Origin: an uncultured delta proteobacterium
GTDB lineage: Bacteria; Desulfobacterota; Binatia; UBA9968
Assembly: GCA_963804165.1 (NCBI GenBank)
Contig: CAWDPO010000006.1
Location: 96,001 to 160,000, forward strand
Direction of reading: 5' to 3'
DNA: 64,000 nucleotides
Part shown: positions 9,342-19,770 of the stretch, one piece after another
Numbering within the stretch: position 1 is the stretch's first letter
Layout of the letters: each line of letters begins with the position of its first letter
Made by a program: the position numbers and the translations under genes
The notes under the pieces: generated by a model
The model's database searches: none
The model's input: the letters and a program-made list of their open reading frames with translations, nothing else
What the model was told of the DNA's origin: nothing

Positions 9342-9425
9342 TTGGAATAATGGAGTGTTGGAGTATTCGGTTTTCACCAGCATCATTCCGTTATTCCACC
9401 ACTCCAATACTCCAATCCATACTCC
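9342..9425. repeat. Inverted pair of 8-nt-period TGGAGTRT arrays (hairpin) between tctC and tctA
   Basis: TTGGAATAATGGAGTGTTGGAGTATT ... TTATTCCACCACTCCAATACTCCAA. Confidence 0.7.
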
Positions 9426-9439
9426 TATCGATCATCCGG

Positions 9440-10543
9440 CTAGTCGAATTTCACGCGATACTTCTTGCCCACCCACTCTCTGACGAAGCGTTGGGTCTCG
9501 GCGTCGATCTGGAAAGCTTGTTGGATGGTTTTTTCCAGGCGATCGCCGCGCAGCAGCGGATAGCCGCCCAAGACCTTGTCGGTCTTGGTTAGAAACTCTT
9601 TATCTTTCTCGAGCCGGTCGGCCGCCGCGTAGAAAACCCGCAGCACCTCCGCCGGGGCATCCGCCTTGACCCAGAGAATTTTCTGCACGGCAAACGCCGA
9701 AGGCATAAAGATTTTGTAAGTCTCCCAGAATTTGCCCGAGGGCTTTTTGCCCTTGATCTTCTCGTAGACTTCGGGGACCGTTGGGAGATCGGGAACCGCC
9801 GGATCGCGGACGATGTTTCCGCTCTCGTCGAGCTGGCCGAAGCTCATCAGCGGTATGGCTTTGCCTTCCTTAATGAGCGGCACGACAGTGGCGTTGTAGG
9901 CGGGCGTTGTCTGGTAGTCGATGTTGGTTTCACCGCGTTCAAACGCAATCCGCGCCTCGCCTCTGCCCTTGAAACCAAGCACCCCTTTTGTATCCGTCTC
10001 TAAAAGCTCGAAACTGATCAGCGGGATGAGATCGAGCCCGATGGCGCTGATGCCGCCGTAAATGAGATCCTTGGTTTTAGCGAGATCCTCCACCCTTTTG
10101 ATGCCCGCGGCCGGAGAGGCGTACATCACGCCGCCCACCGGATTCACCAGTAGCGGCTTCCACTGGCGAAAATCGTACTTGGCCGCCTTGTCTCCCAAGC
10201 AGTACGGGAAAGTAATTGGTTGCCGAGCTGACCAAGAGTCATGAGGCCATCCGCTTTGGCTTTGAGGGCAAACTCCATCATGCCGGGGATGCCGCGACCG
10301 CCGCCGATATTACGGAAGTTGAATTTGGGGCTGCCGGGAATGTTTTTTTCAAGATACGGTGCGATCGTGCGGATCCAGATATCCGACCCGCCGGCGACGG
10401 GAAACGGAATGATGACTTCGATCGTCTTGCCCTCGTAGTACGGGGCTGCGCCCAGGGCATGGGTCGGCGAGTGCCACTGGTAAGGCAAAGACTGCGAACC
10501 AGCGGCCGAGCGCCAGATGAGTTTTGAAACGGAACTTTTCCAT
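9440..10543 (-). pseudogene. tctC: TctC substrate-binding protein, frameshifted (pseudogene or sequencing error)
   Basis: Signal peptide MEKFRFK..VALA from ATG 10543; YYEGKTIEVIIPFPVAGGSD in ORF 10144..10488; the rest in ORF 9440..10198. Indels near 10470 and 10195-10235. Confidence 0.8.
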
Positions 10544-10788
10544 AGTACCCCCCTTCAAAACAGGTTCTTCTCCCATACTGTCTCGGGTCTCTTCAGTCAA
10601 GAACGAAAACTCAGCACTCAATATCCGCGAAAGATCTAGACCTACGCGCCTGTTGCGCCCGCGAGAAACATGAAAGATAAGCATCTGTATGCGATTGGAT
10701 AATTGCGGGTGAGCACGTTTCAGTTGATCCAACTCGCTGCATGGTGACTAGGCCGCCAACCAAGCCATAAGCAAGCGGAGAGGACACG

Positions 10789-12200
10789 ATGGCGAGCGAA
10801 AAAACGACCGTGAAACCCTTGGCGCAGACGATGGCTGAATTTACCTTTGCGCTTCGCTACGATTCTATTCCAGCGGAAGTGAAGTCCGCGGCGCGACGCC
10901 ACTTGGCCGACACCATGGCGTGCGCTCTCGGCGCAAGCGACACAGCGTCTGTTCAGGCACTCAGGAAACATGCGATCGCGCAAGGCGGCCGCGCCGATGC
11001 GACGATCCTGGGCACGGCGGAAAAGGTCCCCGCCGGCCTGGCCGCGCTGGTGAACGGCACAATGGTTCGCTATCTAGACGCTAACGACATCTTCGTCTTG
11101 AGCCGCGGCGGGGCCTCGGGCCACTTCAGCGACGGTACGGCGGGATTCCTCGCTCTCGCCGAGCGCTATCGGCGCAGCGGGGAGGAATTGCTCACTTGCC
11201 TGGTGGCGTCCTACGAACTGCAAGGCGCCTTGGCTGAATCGCTTAATTTCTGGCAGCGTGGTCTCCATCCTTTGACCAACGTCGCGTGGGTCGTGCCGAT
11301 CGTCGCCGCTCGTCTCACCGGCGCGACGACTACGGAAGCTGTGCACGCGTGCGGCCTCTCCGTTGCGACCGGCACCGTGCTGAATATCTGGATCAGACCG
11401 GCAGAAACCATCCCGATGATCAAGAGCGTTGCGGTCGGGTTGGTTTTGCAGCGCACGCTAGAGGCGGCCGAGTTGGCTGCGTTGGGCGTGACTGCTACGG
11501 ACAATGCGTTGGAAACAGTCATTGAGAGTTTAGATTCTCAGCCGGGCTCTCGATTCGATCCGGCAGCAATCGAGAAACTTGGCCAACGCTGGAGCACGGC
11601 TCGGAACATGATCAAGCTCTATCCGGCGCAGATCAACACGCAGGCGGCCATCGAGGCTACCGTAAGCCTCCATCAAAGCGGCATCCGCGCCGAGCGAGTG
11701 CGAAAACTCATCCTCCACGGCCATCGCAATGTCTGCGGCGGAGTGCAGGGCTCGCCGCAAGCTTTTGCGCCGTCAAGTCCGGAGGCGGCGGACCACAGCA
11801 CGCCTTACGTGATGGCAATGGCTCTGCTGCGCGGCCGGATGACGCTCCACGAGTATAAAGATTCACCCTGGGAAACATTCGAGGTAAAGACTGTGATGGC
11901 GAAAATCGAGCTGGTGATCGATCCTGAAAGGGACAGGGCTTTCGACATCGAGGGTTGCTCGGCGTGCGGCTGGTGGCCGAACTGAACGATGGGCGAACCG
12001 AAGAAATCGTCGTGCGTCAACCGAGAGGTCATCCGGAGACGCCGTTGAGCGAGATGGAGCTGCTCGAAAAAATGACTTGGCTTCTGCAAGCTCCGGCGCC
12101 CGCGCTTAAGCCACAGCGATTACTCGACCTTTGTAACCGCCTCTCGACCGTCGAGGACATAGTGGAACTCATCGACTGCTGTCGCGTCGAGCAGACATGA
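10789..12200 (+). CDS. MmgE/PrpD-family protein with one frameshift near 11952
   Basis: ADTMACALGA, AALVNGTMVRYLDANDIF, GHFSD, IKLYPA, ADHSTPY. The C-terminus LLGVRLV..PRGHPETPLS is in the shifted frame; the break is at a GAGGG run. Confidence 0.82.
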
Positions 12201-12371
12201 GCCTTCGCTTGCACCTCGTCCGCCATTGACGGGCACTGTGGCGCCGTATTATGGAGATCTCGTCCTAGGATCTAACAAACCCTTGATCTCGAACTGTGAC
12301 GAAACCGCGAAGAAACAGAGGACTCGGAGTACTCGTCTGCCAAATCATTGCGATGATAAGGGAGAAGACCC

Positions 12372-13490
12372 ATGATCCGCAAACATCGATGGCAACAATG
12401 CTTGCTGATGCTGGCGGTCGCCATTGGCATGTGCACGCACCCGGCACGCGCAGCCGACGCGCCGAGCGAATGGAGTAAAATTGTCGAGGCCGCCAAACGC
12501 GAAGGCAAAGTTGTTGTCGGCGGTCCCCCTACCAGCGTGCTCCGGCAAAAGTTCAAGGAAACTTTCGAGAAGCGGTTCGGTATCGAGTTGGAGCTCCTCT
12601 CCGCCCCCGGCCCGCAAAACGCGTCGCGGGCCATATCCGAATTCAAAGCCGGAGTGAAGTACTTCGATGTGCTGCACGGCGGCTCGGGCACGCTCGAACC
12701 GCTGGTGCGCGAAAATATGCTCGCGCCTTTCATGGACTTTGTCATTCTCCCCGACGTCAAAGACCCGCGCCAATGGTGGGGCGGCCACATGTGGGAAGAC
12801 AACATCAAGACCCATCGCTTCATCTATTCTTATTCCGCGGATTTCTCGACCCCGCCGTTTTACAATGCCGATTTGGTCAAACAGGACGAAGTGAAATCGT
12901 ACGACGATTTTTTGCTACCCAAGTGGAAAGGTAGGATCGGTTTCTTCGAACCGCGCATTCCCAGCGCCGGCCAGGGCCTTTGGGGATTTTTAATGAAGAT
13001 CAAGGGCAAGGAGTTTTTGCAGAAGCTCGCCAATCACGAATTATTCATCAGCCGTGACGGCAAACAGCTCGCCGACTCGATGTCCAAAGGAACCCTCGCC
13101 TTCAATCTCGGTCAATCGCAGCGTTTCATCGAGCCCTACATCAAGGCCGGTATTCCGATCAAGCCGTTGAACAACATCAAAGAAGGTCTGAGCGGCAGCA
13201 ACGGCTTCGGCACCGTGGCGATCATGAAGAACGCTGCGCAAGTGAACGCGGCAAAAGTCTATATCAATTGGTTGCTCGGCAAAGAAGGCCAGGATCTCTA
13301 CAGCCAGGCGCTCACCCAAGGCACGCGCCGCCTCGATGTTGACACCAAGTGGCTCGCAAAATTCGACTCAGCCGCGGCCAAGGATGTCATGACGCCGGAA
13401 GAGTTCGAGAAAGTCCGCTTCTATGGCGAAGACATCATCAAAAACTGGCGCGAGCCCGGCGGTGAATTCGCGCGCCAGATCCTCAAATAA
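12372..13490 (+). CDS. Extracellular solute-binding protein (Fe3+/polyamine-type SBP family)
   Basis: Signal peptide; AAKREGKVVV, DDFLLPKWKGRI, NAAKVYINWLLGKEGQ. Confidence 0.85.
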   Translation: MIRKHRWQQCLLMLAVAIGMCTHPARAADAPSEWSKIVEAAKREGKVVVGGPPTSVLRQKFKETFEKRFGIELELLSAPGPQNASRAISEFKAGVKYFDVLHGGSGTLEPLVRENMLAPFMDFVILPDVKDPRQWWGGHMWEDNIKTHRFIYSYSADFSTPPFYNADLVKQDEVKSYDDFLLPKWKGRIGFFEPRIPSAGQGLWGFLMKIKGKEFLQKLANHELFISRDGKQLADSMSKGTLAFNLGQSQRFIEPYIKAGIPIKPLNNIKEGLSGSNGFGTVAIMKNAAQVNAAKVYINWLLGKEGQDLYSQALTQGTRRLDVDTKWLAKFDSAAAKDVMTPEEFEKVRFYGEDIIKNWREPGGEFARQILK

Positions 13491-13546
13491 CCGCGATCGC
13501 CGCGGTTAATCGATTGATCGCGATGTACGCGTGATGCGTAACATGC

Positions 13547-13570
13547 GGACACGGCACGCCGTGCCCCTAC
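13547..13570. repeat. GTAG-family REP-like palindrome remnant
   Basis: GGACACGGCACGCCGTGCCCCTAC: hairpin ending in CTAC. Confidence 0.5.
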
Positions 13571-13622
13571 AACGATCCTTAGACTGCCTCGCTCATTATC
13601 CATTGCCTAAGAGGAGAATCGC

Positions 13623-14339
13623 ATGCGCTACGAACTGTACTATTGGCCGTCTATACAAGGCCGCGGCGAGTTTGTTCGTCTGGCGCTCGAAGATGCCGGT
13701 GCGGACTATGTCGATGTTGCGCGCAAGCCGAAAGGCATAGCGGAAATGATGCGGCTGATGGAGAACCGGTCCATCGAACGCCCGCCCTTTGCACCGCCGT
13801 TTCTAAAAGCGGGCAAGCTCCTCATCGCCCAGACCGCCAACATTCTTTTTTATCTCGGCCCGCGCCTGGACCTCGTGCCCAAGAGCGATCCGATCAGATT
13901 ATGGGCGCACCAGTTGCAACTCACCATCGCCGATTGGGTCGCCGAGGCGCACGACACCCATCATCCCATCGCGGGCAGTCTCTATTACGAGGATCAGAGA
14001 GACGAGGCTAAGCGGCGCGCCGCTGATTTTACCGCCGAGCGTATCCCAAAATATCTTGGCTACTTTGAGCAGATACTCAAGCGCAACTCGAAAGGCGACG
14101 GCTATCTTCTGGGCAGAAAAGTTTCTTACGTCGATCTCTCTTTGTTTCAAATGATCGAAGGTTTGCGCTACGCGTTTCCGCGCGCCATGGCGCGACTCGA
14201 ACGCAAACATTCGCTGTCGATCGCGCTGCACGATCGCGTCGCCGTGCGGCCGCGATTGGCCGCGTATCTCTCATCGGAACGCCGCATCCCTTTCAATCAA
14301 GAGGGCATCTTTCGCTCCTATCCCGAGCTCGATGGTTGA
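13623..14339 (+). CDS. Glutathione S-transferase
   Basis: YELYYWPSIQGRGEFVRLALE, PPFAPPFL, IAQTANIL, SYVDLSLFQ; GAGGAG RBS. Confidence 0.92.
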   Translation: MRYELYYWPSIQGRGEFVRLALEDAGADYVDVARKPKGIAEMMRLMENRSIERPPFAPPFLKAGKLLIAQTANILFYLGPRLDLVPKSDPIRLWAHQLQLTIADWVAEAHDTHHPIAGSLYYEDQRDEAKRRAADFTAERIPKYLGYFEQILKRNSKGDGYLLGRKVSYVDLSLFQMIEGLRYAFPRAMARLERKHSLSIALHDRVAVRPRLAAYLSSERRIPFNQEGIFRSYPELDG

Positions 14340-14395
14340 GCATTGCCAAAGCCACTGATTGGGTTAGATTGAAAACTAACCAAGGAGGTCCAATC

Positions 14396-15055
14396 ATGGC
14401 AATCGAACTTTATTGGGGCAGTGGCAGTCCCTTCGCGTGGCGCGTCATGCTCGCGCTCGAAGTGAAAACGCTGGCGTATGAATCGAAGCTCATGGAATTT
14501 TCCAAGGGCGAGCACAAGACGCCCGCCTATTTACAGCTCAATCCACGGGGCAAGGTACCGACCCTCAAAGATGGCGACTTTGCGGTCTACGAATCAATCG
14601 CGATCATGGCTTATCTAGATCGCAAATATCCCGAGCCGCCGCTCTTCGGCAAAACGCCGGAGGAAACGGGTTTAGTTTGGCAGACGATATCGGAATGCGA
14701 ATCCTATCTCGTCGGCGAAGGCAACAAGGTCGTCCGGCCGATCTTTTTCGGCAAGGGTTTGGACAAAGTCGAAGAGATTCAACAAGCGGCACAGACGATT
14801 CGCGAAGAGCTAAAATCTGTCGATGCGCGCCTCGCCGGATCGAATTGGCTGGTCGGCGGGCAGATCTCCGCGGCGGACATCACTGTTTTTCCCCTGGTGC
14901 AGTTGCTCTTACGCGCGGCATCGAAAGAGGCGGCGCAGCCGCTCAATCTCGGGTTGATGCCGCTATCGCAAACTTATCCGAACCTCGCCCGGTGGGTTCG
15001 GCAAATTGAAGCTCTACCCGGCTACGAGCGCACCTATCCACCGCACTGGCGATAA
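14396..15055 (+). CDS. Glutathione S-transferase family protein
   Basis: AAGGAGG RBS; LYWGSGSPFAWRV, LNPRGKVPTL, ESIAIMAYL, ISAADI. Confidence 0.92.
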   Translation: MAIELYWGSGSPFAWRVMLALEVKTLAYESKLMEFSKGEHKTPAYLQLNPRGKVPTLKDGDFAVYESIAIMAYLDRKYPEPPLFGKTPEETGLVWQTISECESYLVGEGNKVVRPIFFGKGLDKVEEIQQAAQTIREELKSVDARLAGSNWLVGGQISAADITVFPLVQLLLRAASKEAAQPLNLGLMPLSQTYPNLARWVRQIEALPGYERTYPPHWR

Positions 15056-15092
15056 TAAATCCGATCGTCGATTCGGTGACAGCGGAGATCCC

Positions 15093-16067
15093 ATGCACCG
15101 TCAAGCGGAATTGTTCAAGCGCATCTTCCTCGTTTTCTTCGCATTACTTGCCGCGCAAGGCGACGCCGCGGAACGCGCCAAGCTCACTCTCGGTTATTCC
15201 AGCACCGGACCGACTGGCGTTGGATTGTGGGTGGCAAAGGACATCGGCGCTTTCGACAAATACGGCGTCGAACCCAATCTTGTTTTCATTTCTTCGGGCC
15301 CGGTGATGGTTCCCGCGTTGATCGGCGGCGACGTCCAGGCCGCCGTCGCCGGGGCGAACGCGGTGATCGCGGCGGTGCTCGGCGGCGCTCCGATCGTCGC
15401 GGTGGCGAGCCTTGCCAACCGTCCTTACCTTCGACTTTGGGTTCACCCTGAAGTCAATCGCGTCGAAGAGCTACGCGGCAAGACTTTCGGAGTGTCCCGC
15501 TTCGGCGCGACGACGGACAACCTCACGAGAATTCTTCTGCGCCGGGTCGGCCTGGAAAACGCGGTGACCATTCGCCAGCTCGGCGGCACCCTCGAAGTCG
15601 GACTCGCCTTTCGCCACCGCCAAATCGACGGCGCGGTTCTCGCTACTCTCCGCACCGATGCACCGCATCGAATTCTGATCGAGCTTGCCGAATCCGGCAT
15701 TCAATACTCCATGGGACAGCTTGTTGTCTCGCGCGATTTTCAACGCCGGTCGCCGGACACTTTGGAGAAGATCCTGCGTGCTTATATAGAGGGCGTCGCG
15801 GTGTTGCGCGATCCGAATCAGAGGGAGCGCGTCTTGAAGACTATCGCGCGCTACACACGGCTCAAGGAAACCAAGGCCATCGAAGAAATCTACAGCGACG
15901 CTTTCAAATACGTCGACCGCGTTCCGCGTGTCGACGCCGACGCGGTCTCTACAACGCTGGAGTTCATGGGCAAGAAAGGCCTGCCGATCGAAATCTTCGC
16001 GGACAATTCCATAATCGATCGGCTGGTGAAGGAAGGATTCATCGATCAGGTTTATAAAAAGCGCTAG
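15093..16067 (+). CDS. ABC transporter substrate-binding protein, NMT1/THI5-like
   Basis: Signal peptide; LWVAKDIGAFDKYGVE, ELRGKTFGVSRFGA, DNSIIDRLVKEGFID. Confidence 0.88.
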   Translation: MHRQAELFKRIFLVFFALLAAQGDAAERAKLTLGYSSTGPTGVGLWVAKDIGAFDKYGVEPNLVFISSGPVMVPALIGGDVQAAVAGANAVIAAVLGGAPIVAVASLANRPYLRLWVHPEVNRVEELRGKTFGVSRFGATTDNLTRILLRRVGLENAVTIRQLGGTLEVGLAFRHRQIDGAVLATLRTDAPHRILIELAESGIQYSMGQLVVSRDFQRRSPDTLEKILRAYIEGVAVLRDPNQRERVLKTIARYTRLKETKAIEEIYSDAFKYVDRVPRVDADAVSTTLEFMGKKGLPIEIFADNSIIDRLVKEGFIDQVYKKR

Positions 16068-16238
16068 TGTCCTGCTCAGAAATCACAACATAAATCGATC
16101 GTCATTCCGGGCAACCCCGGCGAAGGTCGGGGGCGACCCGGAATCCAGGAATTTCAAAACATCTGGATACAGGCTTTCGCCGGTATGACGGCTAGGCGTG
16201 ATCAACTTATTCGTCGAACTTCTGGGTCAGGACACTAG
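16064..16238. mobile_element. MITE with about 30-bp imperfect TIRs, CTAG at both ends and an internal REP-like doublet
   Basis: CTAGTGTCCTGCTCAGAA...TTCTGGGTCAGGACACTAG; interior GTCATTCCGG..GAATCCAG / CTGGAT..CCGGTATGAC. The left CTAG contains the upstream gene's stop codon. Confidence 0.75.
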
Positions 16239-16246
16239 CTCGGGTC

Positions 16247-17128
16247 CTAACAATTACAGCGCAGTGAAAATTCTTTTTCTTTGTCGAATAGCGATTCGCC
16301 GACAGCCTGGTGATCGGTGACGTGGCGTGCGACGGTGCTCAATCCATTGCGATACAAGTCTTTTACGATCTCCTCCCAGTCTCGACGGCCGTCGGCAAAC
16401 CATTGAAAAGGCAGCTCGACCATGCGCCAAATTTCATCGAACCGCGGTGCCGCTGTCAGCGCCGCGCGCAAGATTTCGCGCTGGAGCTCCGGCTCATTAG
16501 GTTTTCCTGCTGGGCAGCCGAGCGGAAAATCCAAAAACACCGCGCGCGGCGGTTTAAACGCCATGCTGACCTCCCACAGTGTGCTCATCGACAGTGTCGG
16601 CAACCCTCGCGCTTCTAAAGCTCTGGCGATCAGTCCGACGGACCGATGACAGGCAGGTCAGAAAGGAAAGAGAAAAACTAGATCGACGCCCTGGGTGTCA
16701 AATTCTTCTTTAATGGCGGGAACCGTGGTCTTGAGCAGTTCGGTAAACTTGGCGATCGATCCGACCATCGAAACCGCCCGGGGAGCGAGGCGGCCGATGA
16801 CACCTTCGGCTTCCAGCTCGATCAAGCGGTCACGCGGAAAAGCAACATTCAGATCTTCGAGCGCCCAGCTTCGAACCGGAGTCTGGTGCGCGACCGTCAG
16901 CGCCGAGTAAGGAGTCCCACGATCGATCAGCCGATAGGACAGATCGTTGGTTTCATTCAAACGAACGTCGTCGCGCAATTGAACGCCTGCGCTGGTGAAG
17001 ATGCCGATCGTCGATTGGGCAAGCGGCTTGCGTAACGGCGTGAGGCGAGGCGGCGTGAAATTGGGCTGCCGGGGATAAGGCTTGGGCGCCATCAGCTCGG
17101 TCATGAACTGCACGTAGCCGAACGGCAA
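16247..17128 (-). CDS. Glycine/sarcosine/betaine/proline reductase selenoprotein B-like protein (in-frame TGA = Sec, UxxC)
   Basis: ORFs 16658..17128 and 16247..16603 are in frame across one TGA: VDLVFLFPF-U-PACHRSVGLIARALEARGLPT. Also IGIFTSAGV, DLNVAFPRDRL, PPRAVFLDFPLG. GAGGAG RBS before the TTG start. Confidence 0.82.
16629..16647 (-). promoter_or_regulatory. Candidate bacterial SECIS hairpin
   Basis: mRNA AUCGGUCC-GUC-GGACUGAU: 8-bp stem starting 10 nt after the UGA, with the apical loop beginning GU. Confidence 0.6.
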
Positions 17129-17312
17129 AATGATCTCCTCGCGTCGGAATTTGCTATAACTAACCCCAATCGAAGGCGCAAGTAAATCAATTCTTGCGTT
17201 TACGTCTAACCGGTTTCTTTCTCCTTGACTCGCCGTTTACGTCTATCTTACTTTAAGCTAGAGTCGCGCGGGCGGGGTGAAGCCCGGCCGCGCGCAAGAC
17301 AAGGAGTAAAAT

Positions 17313-18449
17313 ATGACACAGACTGTGCTGCTCGACGCCGACTCGCATGTCAGCGAACCATTGAACCTTTGGCAAGAGCGCTTGCCGGCAAAATACCGGG
17401 ATATCGCGCCGCATATGGAGACCGAATACCAAGGCCGGCCCGGCGCCTGGTGGTTCATCGAACAGGATCGCGAACCACACAATGTGATCCTGGGTTTCGG
17501 CGCCAACAAGTCCCTCGAAGAACTGCAGCAATTATTGAAAGGCTTCTCCTACGCAGGAGCGCACCGCGGCGGCTGGGACCCGGCGCAGCGGGTCAAAGAC
17601 ATGGACCAAGACGGTGTTGCCGGCGACGTGCTCTACACCACGCTAGGCTTTCGTATGTTCTGGATCAAAGACGCCGGCTTTCAGCGCGCTTGTTTTCAAG
17701 TCTATAACGATTGGCTCGCAGAGTTCAGCGGCTATTCGCCCAAACGTCTCAAAGGGCTGGGGCTCATCTCCCTGTATGACCCCAAACAGGCCGCGGCAGA
17801 TTTAACGGACTGCGCGAAAAAAGGTTTGGCTGGAGCGATCGTATGGGCTTCGCCGCCGGAAGAGTTGCCGTTTTACTCGGAAATTTATGATCCCTTCTGG
17901 GCTGCGGCCCAGGAACTTTCGATGCCCCTCAGCCTGCACGAGTTCGCCGGCTTTCGCTGGGTGGATTGGGACTCCAGCGCGAAAAAACGGACGATCGCCG
18001 CAGGCATTAATTCGCACGAAGTCGAAAGCACTTTTTCCACGTTGATTATGTCAGGCGTGCTGGAGCGTTTCCCCGCTCTCAAAGTCGTCTCGGCGGAATT
18101 GAATTGCGGCTGGCTTCCCTATTTCCTGCGTCGCCTGGACGAACGCTTCGAGGCCCGCGGCGCGCGCGTTCATGGCAGCGCGTTTCCGACCAAGCTGAGG
18201 CTGAAACCGAGCGAATATTTTCGCCGCCAACTCTATGCGACTTTTATCGACGACCCTTTTGGCATCGCCCATCGGCACGATATCGGCGTTGACAATTTGC
18301 TCTGGTCGTCCGACTTCCCGCACAGCGCGACTTTCTGGCCCCATTCGCGCGAAAAGATCGCCAAAGATTTCGACGGCGTGGCTGAAACTGAAAAACAAAA
18401 GATCCTCTCGCGGAACACCGCGCGACTGTACGGTTTCAACGGCGATTAA
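17313..18449 (+). CDS. Amidohydrolase family protein (Amidohydro_2)
   Basis: LDADSHVSEP, DMDQDGV, YNDWLAEF, PLSLHE, VSAELNCGW, LWSSDFPH. Confidence 0.9.
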   Translation: MTQTVLLDADSHVSEPLNLWQERLPAKYRDIAPHMETEYQGRPGAWWFIEQDREPHNVILGFGANKSLEELQQLLKGFSYAGAHRGGWDPAQRVKDMDQDGVAGDVLYTTLGFRMFWIKDAGFQRACFQVYNDWLAEFSGYSPKRLKGLGLISLYDPKQAAADLTDCAKKGLAGAIVWASPPEELPFYSEIYDPFWAAAQELSMPLSLHEFAGFRWVDWDSSAKKRTIAAGINSHEVESTFSTLIMSGVLERFPALKVVSAELNCGWLPYFLRRLDERFEARGARVHGSAFPTKLRLKPSEYFRRQLYATFIDDPFGIAHRHDIGVDNLLWSSDFPHSATFWPHSREKIAKDFDGVAETEKQKILSRNTARLYGFNGD

Positions 18450-18726
18450 CACCTAATAACGCCTGGCGGAGTTTCGGTCGCGCATTGAAATTCCGCACAG
18501 CGTAGCTCTTTCCGATCAAAACCTCGCGTTGAACACTCGAACGGCGGCGTCGATGGTTCGACGCGCCGTTCGAGCAAAATCTCAATTTCACAACCTTTCT
18601 TCCGCCGGCGTCCGCCATCGCCTATAATGTTTAAGGATTTCGACCGGTCGAAAGACGAGTGCTTCCATCGCCTCGGCTCGACAAAACCAGAGGACGATAT
18701 CGACTGGTCCCCGAAAGGCGGCTCAA

Positions 18727-19770
18727 GTGAAACCACAGGATAAGACTCCAGAAGATAAGACCTTGACAGAACTCACAGTACAAGTTGATCAGTGGCTGCG
18801 CGCCCAGAACGGCTCCGGCAACAACGATCAGCTCGCCGGGATCCTGCGCACAGTGCTCAAGCTGGCACAGGACAACGCCGATCGTGGCGATCTAAAGATC
18901 CTAAACCGCGCCATGCAGGAGCTGCGTCACGCTTTCAGGATCTTCGCGCCCTATCGGCACGTGCGCAAGGTCACCATTTTTGGCTCGACGCGGGTGCAGG
19001 ACGACGATCCCTATTATCACCTGGCGCGCGACGTCGCGCATCAGGTGGCGGAGGCAGGTTTCATGGTGATCACGGGTGCGGGCCCGGGTATCATGCAAGC
19101 CGGACATGAAGGCGCAGGACGAGAAAAGAGTTTCGGCGTCAACATCCGTCTGCCGTCGTTGCAAGCGGCGAACCCTTTCATCCGCAACGATCCCAAGCTC
19201 ATGAACTTCCACTTTTTTTTCACGCGCAAACTTTTATTTGTCAAAGAAGCGGACGCGGTGGTGATCTTCCCCGGCGGTTTCGGCACGCAGGACGAGCTGT
19301 TCGAGTCGATCACTCTAGCACAGACCGGCAAGGGTCGGCTCGTGCCGATCCTCTTGATGGACTTACCCGACGGCACCTATTGGCGGCGCTGGCGGGACTT
19401 TATCCGCGACGACATGATGAGCCGCGGCTATATCCTTGAGAGAGAGACGGCGTTGTTTAGAATCCTCACCAGCCCCGAGGCGGCTGTTGAGGAAATCACC
19501 GCTTTTTACCGCAACTTTCATTCCTACCGCTTCGTTAAGCAAAATTTGGTGATCCGTCTCAACCATCCGCCGACGCCCGCTTTGATCGACCGGCTCAATC
19601 GCGACTTCGCAGATATCCTGACCGGCAACAAGGTCCTGGAAACCGAGCCGCTGCCTGAGGAAGAAGACGATCCCGACACGCTGCAGTTGCCCCGCCTCCT
19701 GATGCGTTTCAACCGCGAGGACTTCGCTCGTCTCCGCCAGATGATCGACGAGATCAACGGCGTAGTGTGA
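18727..19770 (+). CDS. LOG-family (Rossmann-fold nucleotide-binding) protein
   Basis: VTIFGSTR, ITGAGPGIMQA, FFFTRKLLF, FPGGFGTQDELFE. Confidence 0.9.
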   Translation: MKPQDKTPEDKTLTELTVQVDQWLRAQNGSGNNDQLAGILRTVLKLAQDNADRGDLKILNRAMQELRHAFRIFAPYRHVRKVTIFGSTRVQDDDPYYHLARDVAHQVAEAGFMVITGAGPGIMQAGHEGAGREKSFGVNIRLPSLQAANPFIRNDPKLMNFHFFFTRKLLFVKEADAVVIFPGGFGTQDELFESITLAQTGKGRLVPILLMDLPDGTYWRRWRDFIRDDMMSRGYILERETALFRILTSPEAAVEEITAFYRNFHSYRFVKQNLVIRLNHPPTPALIDRLNRDFADILTGNKVLETEPLPEEEDDPDTLQLPRLLMRFNREDFARLRQMIDEINGVV

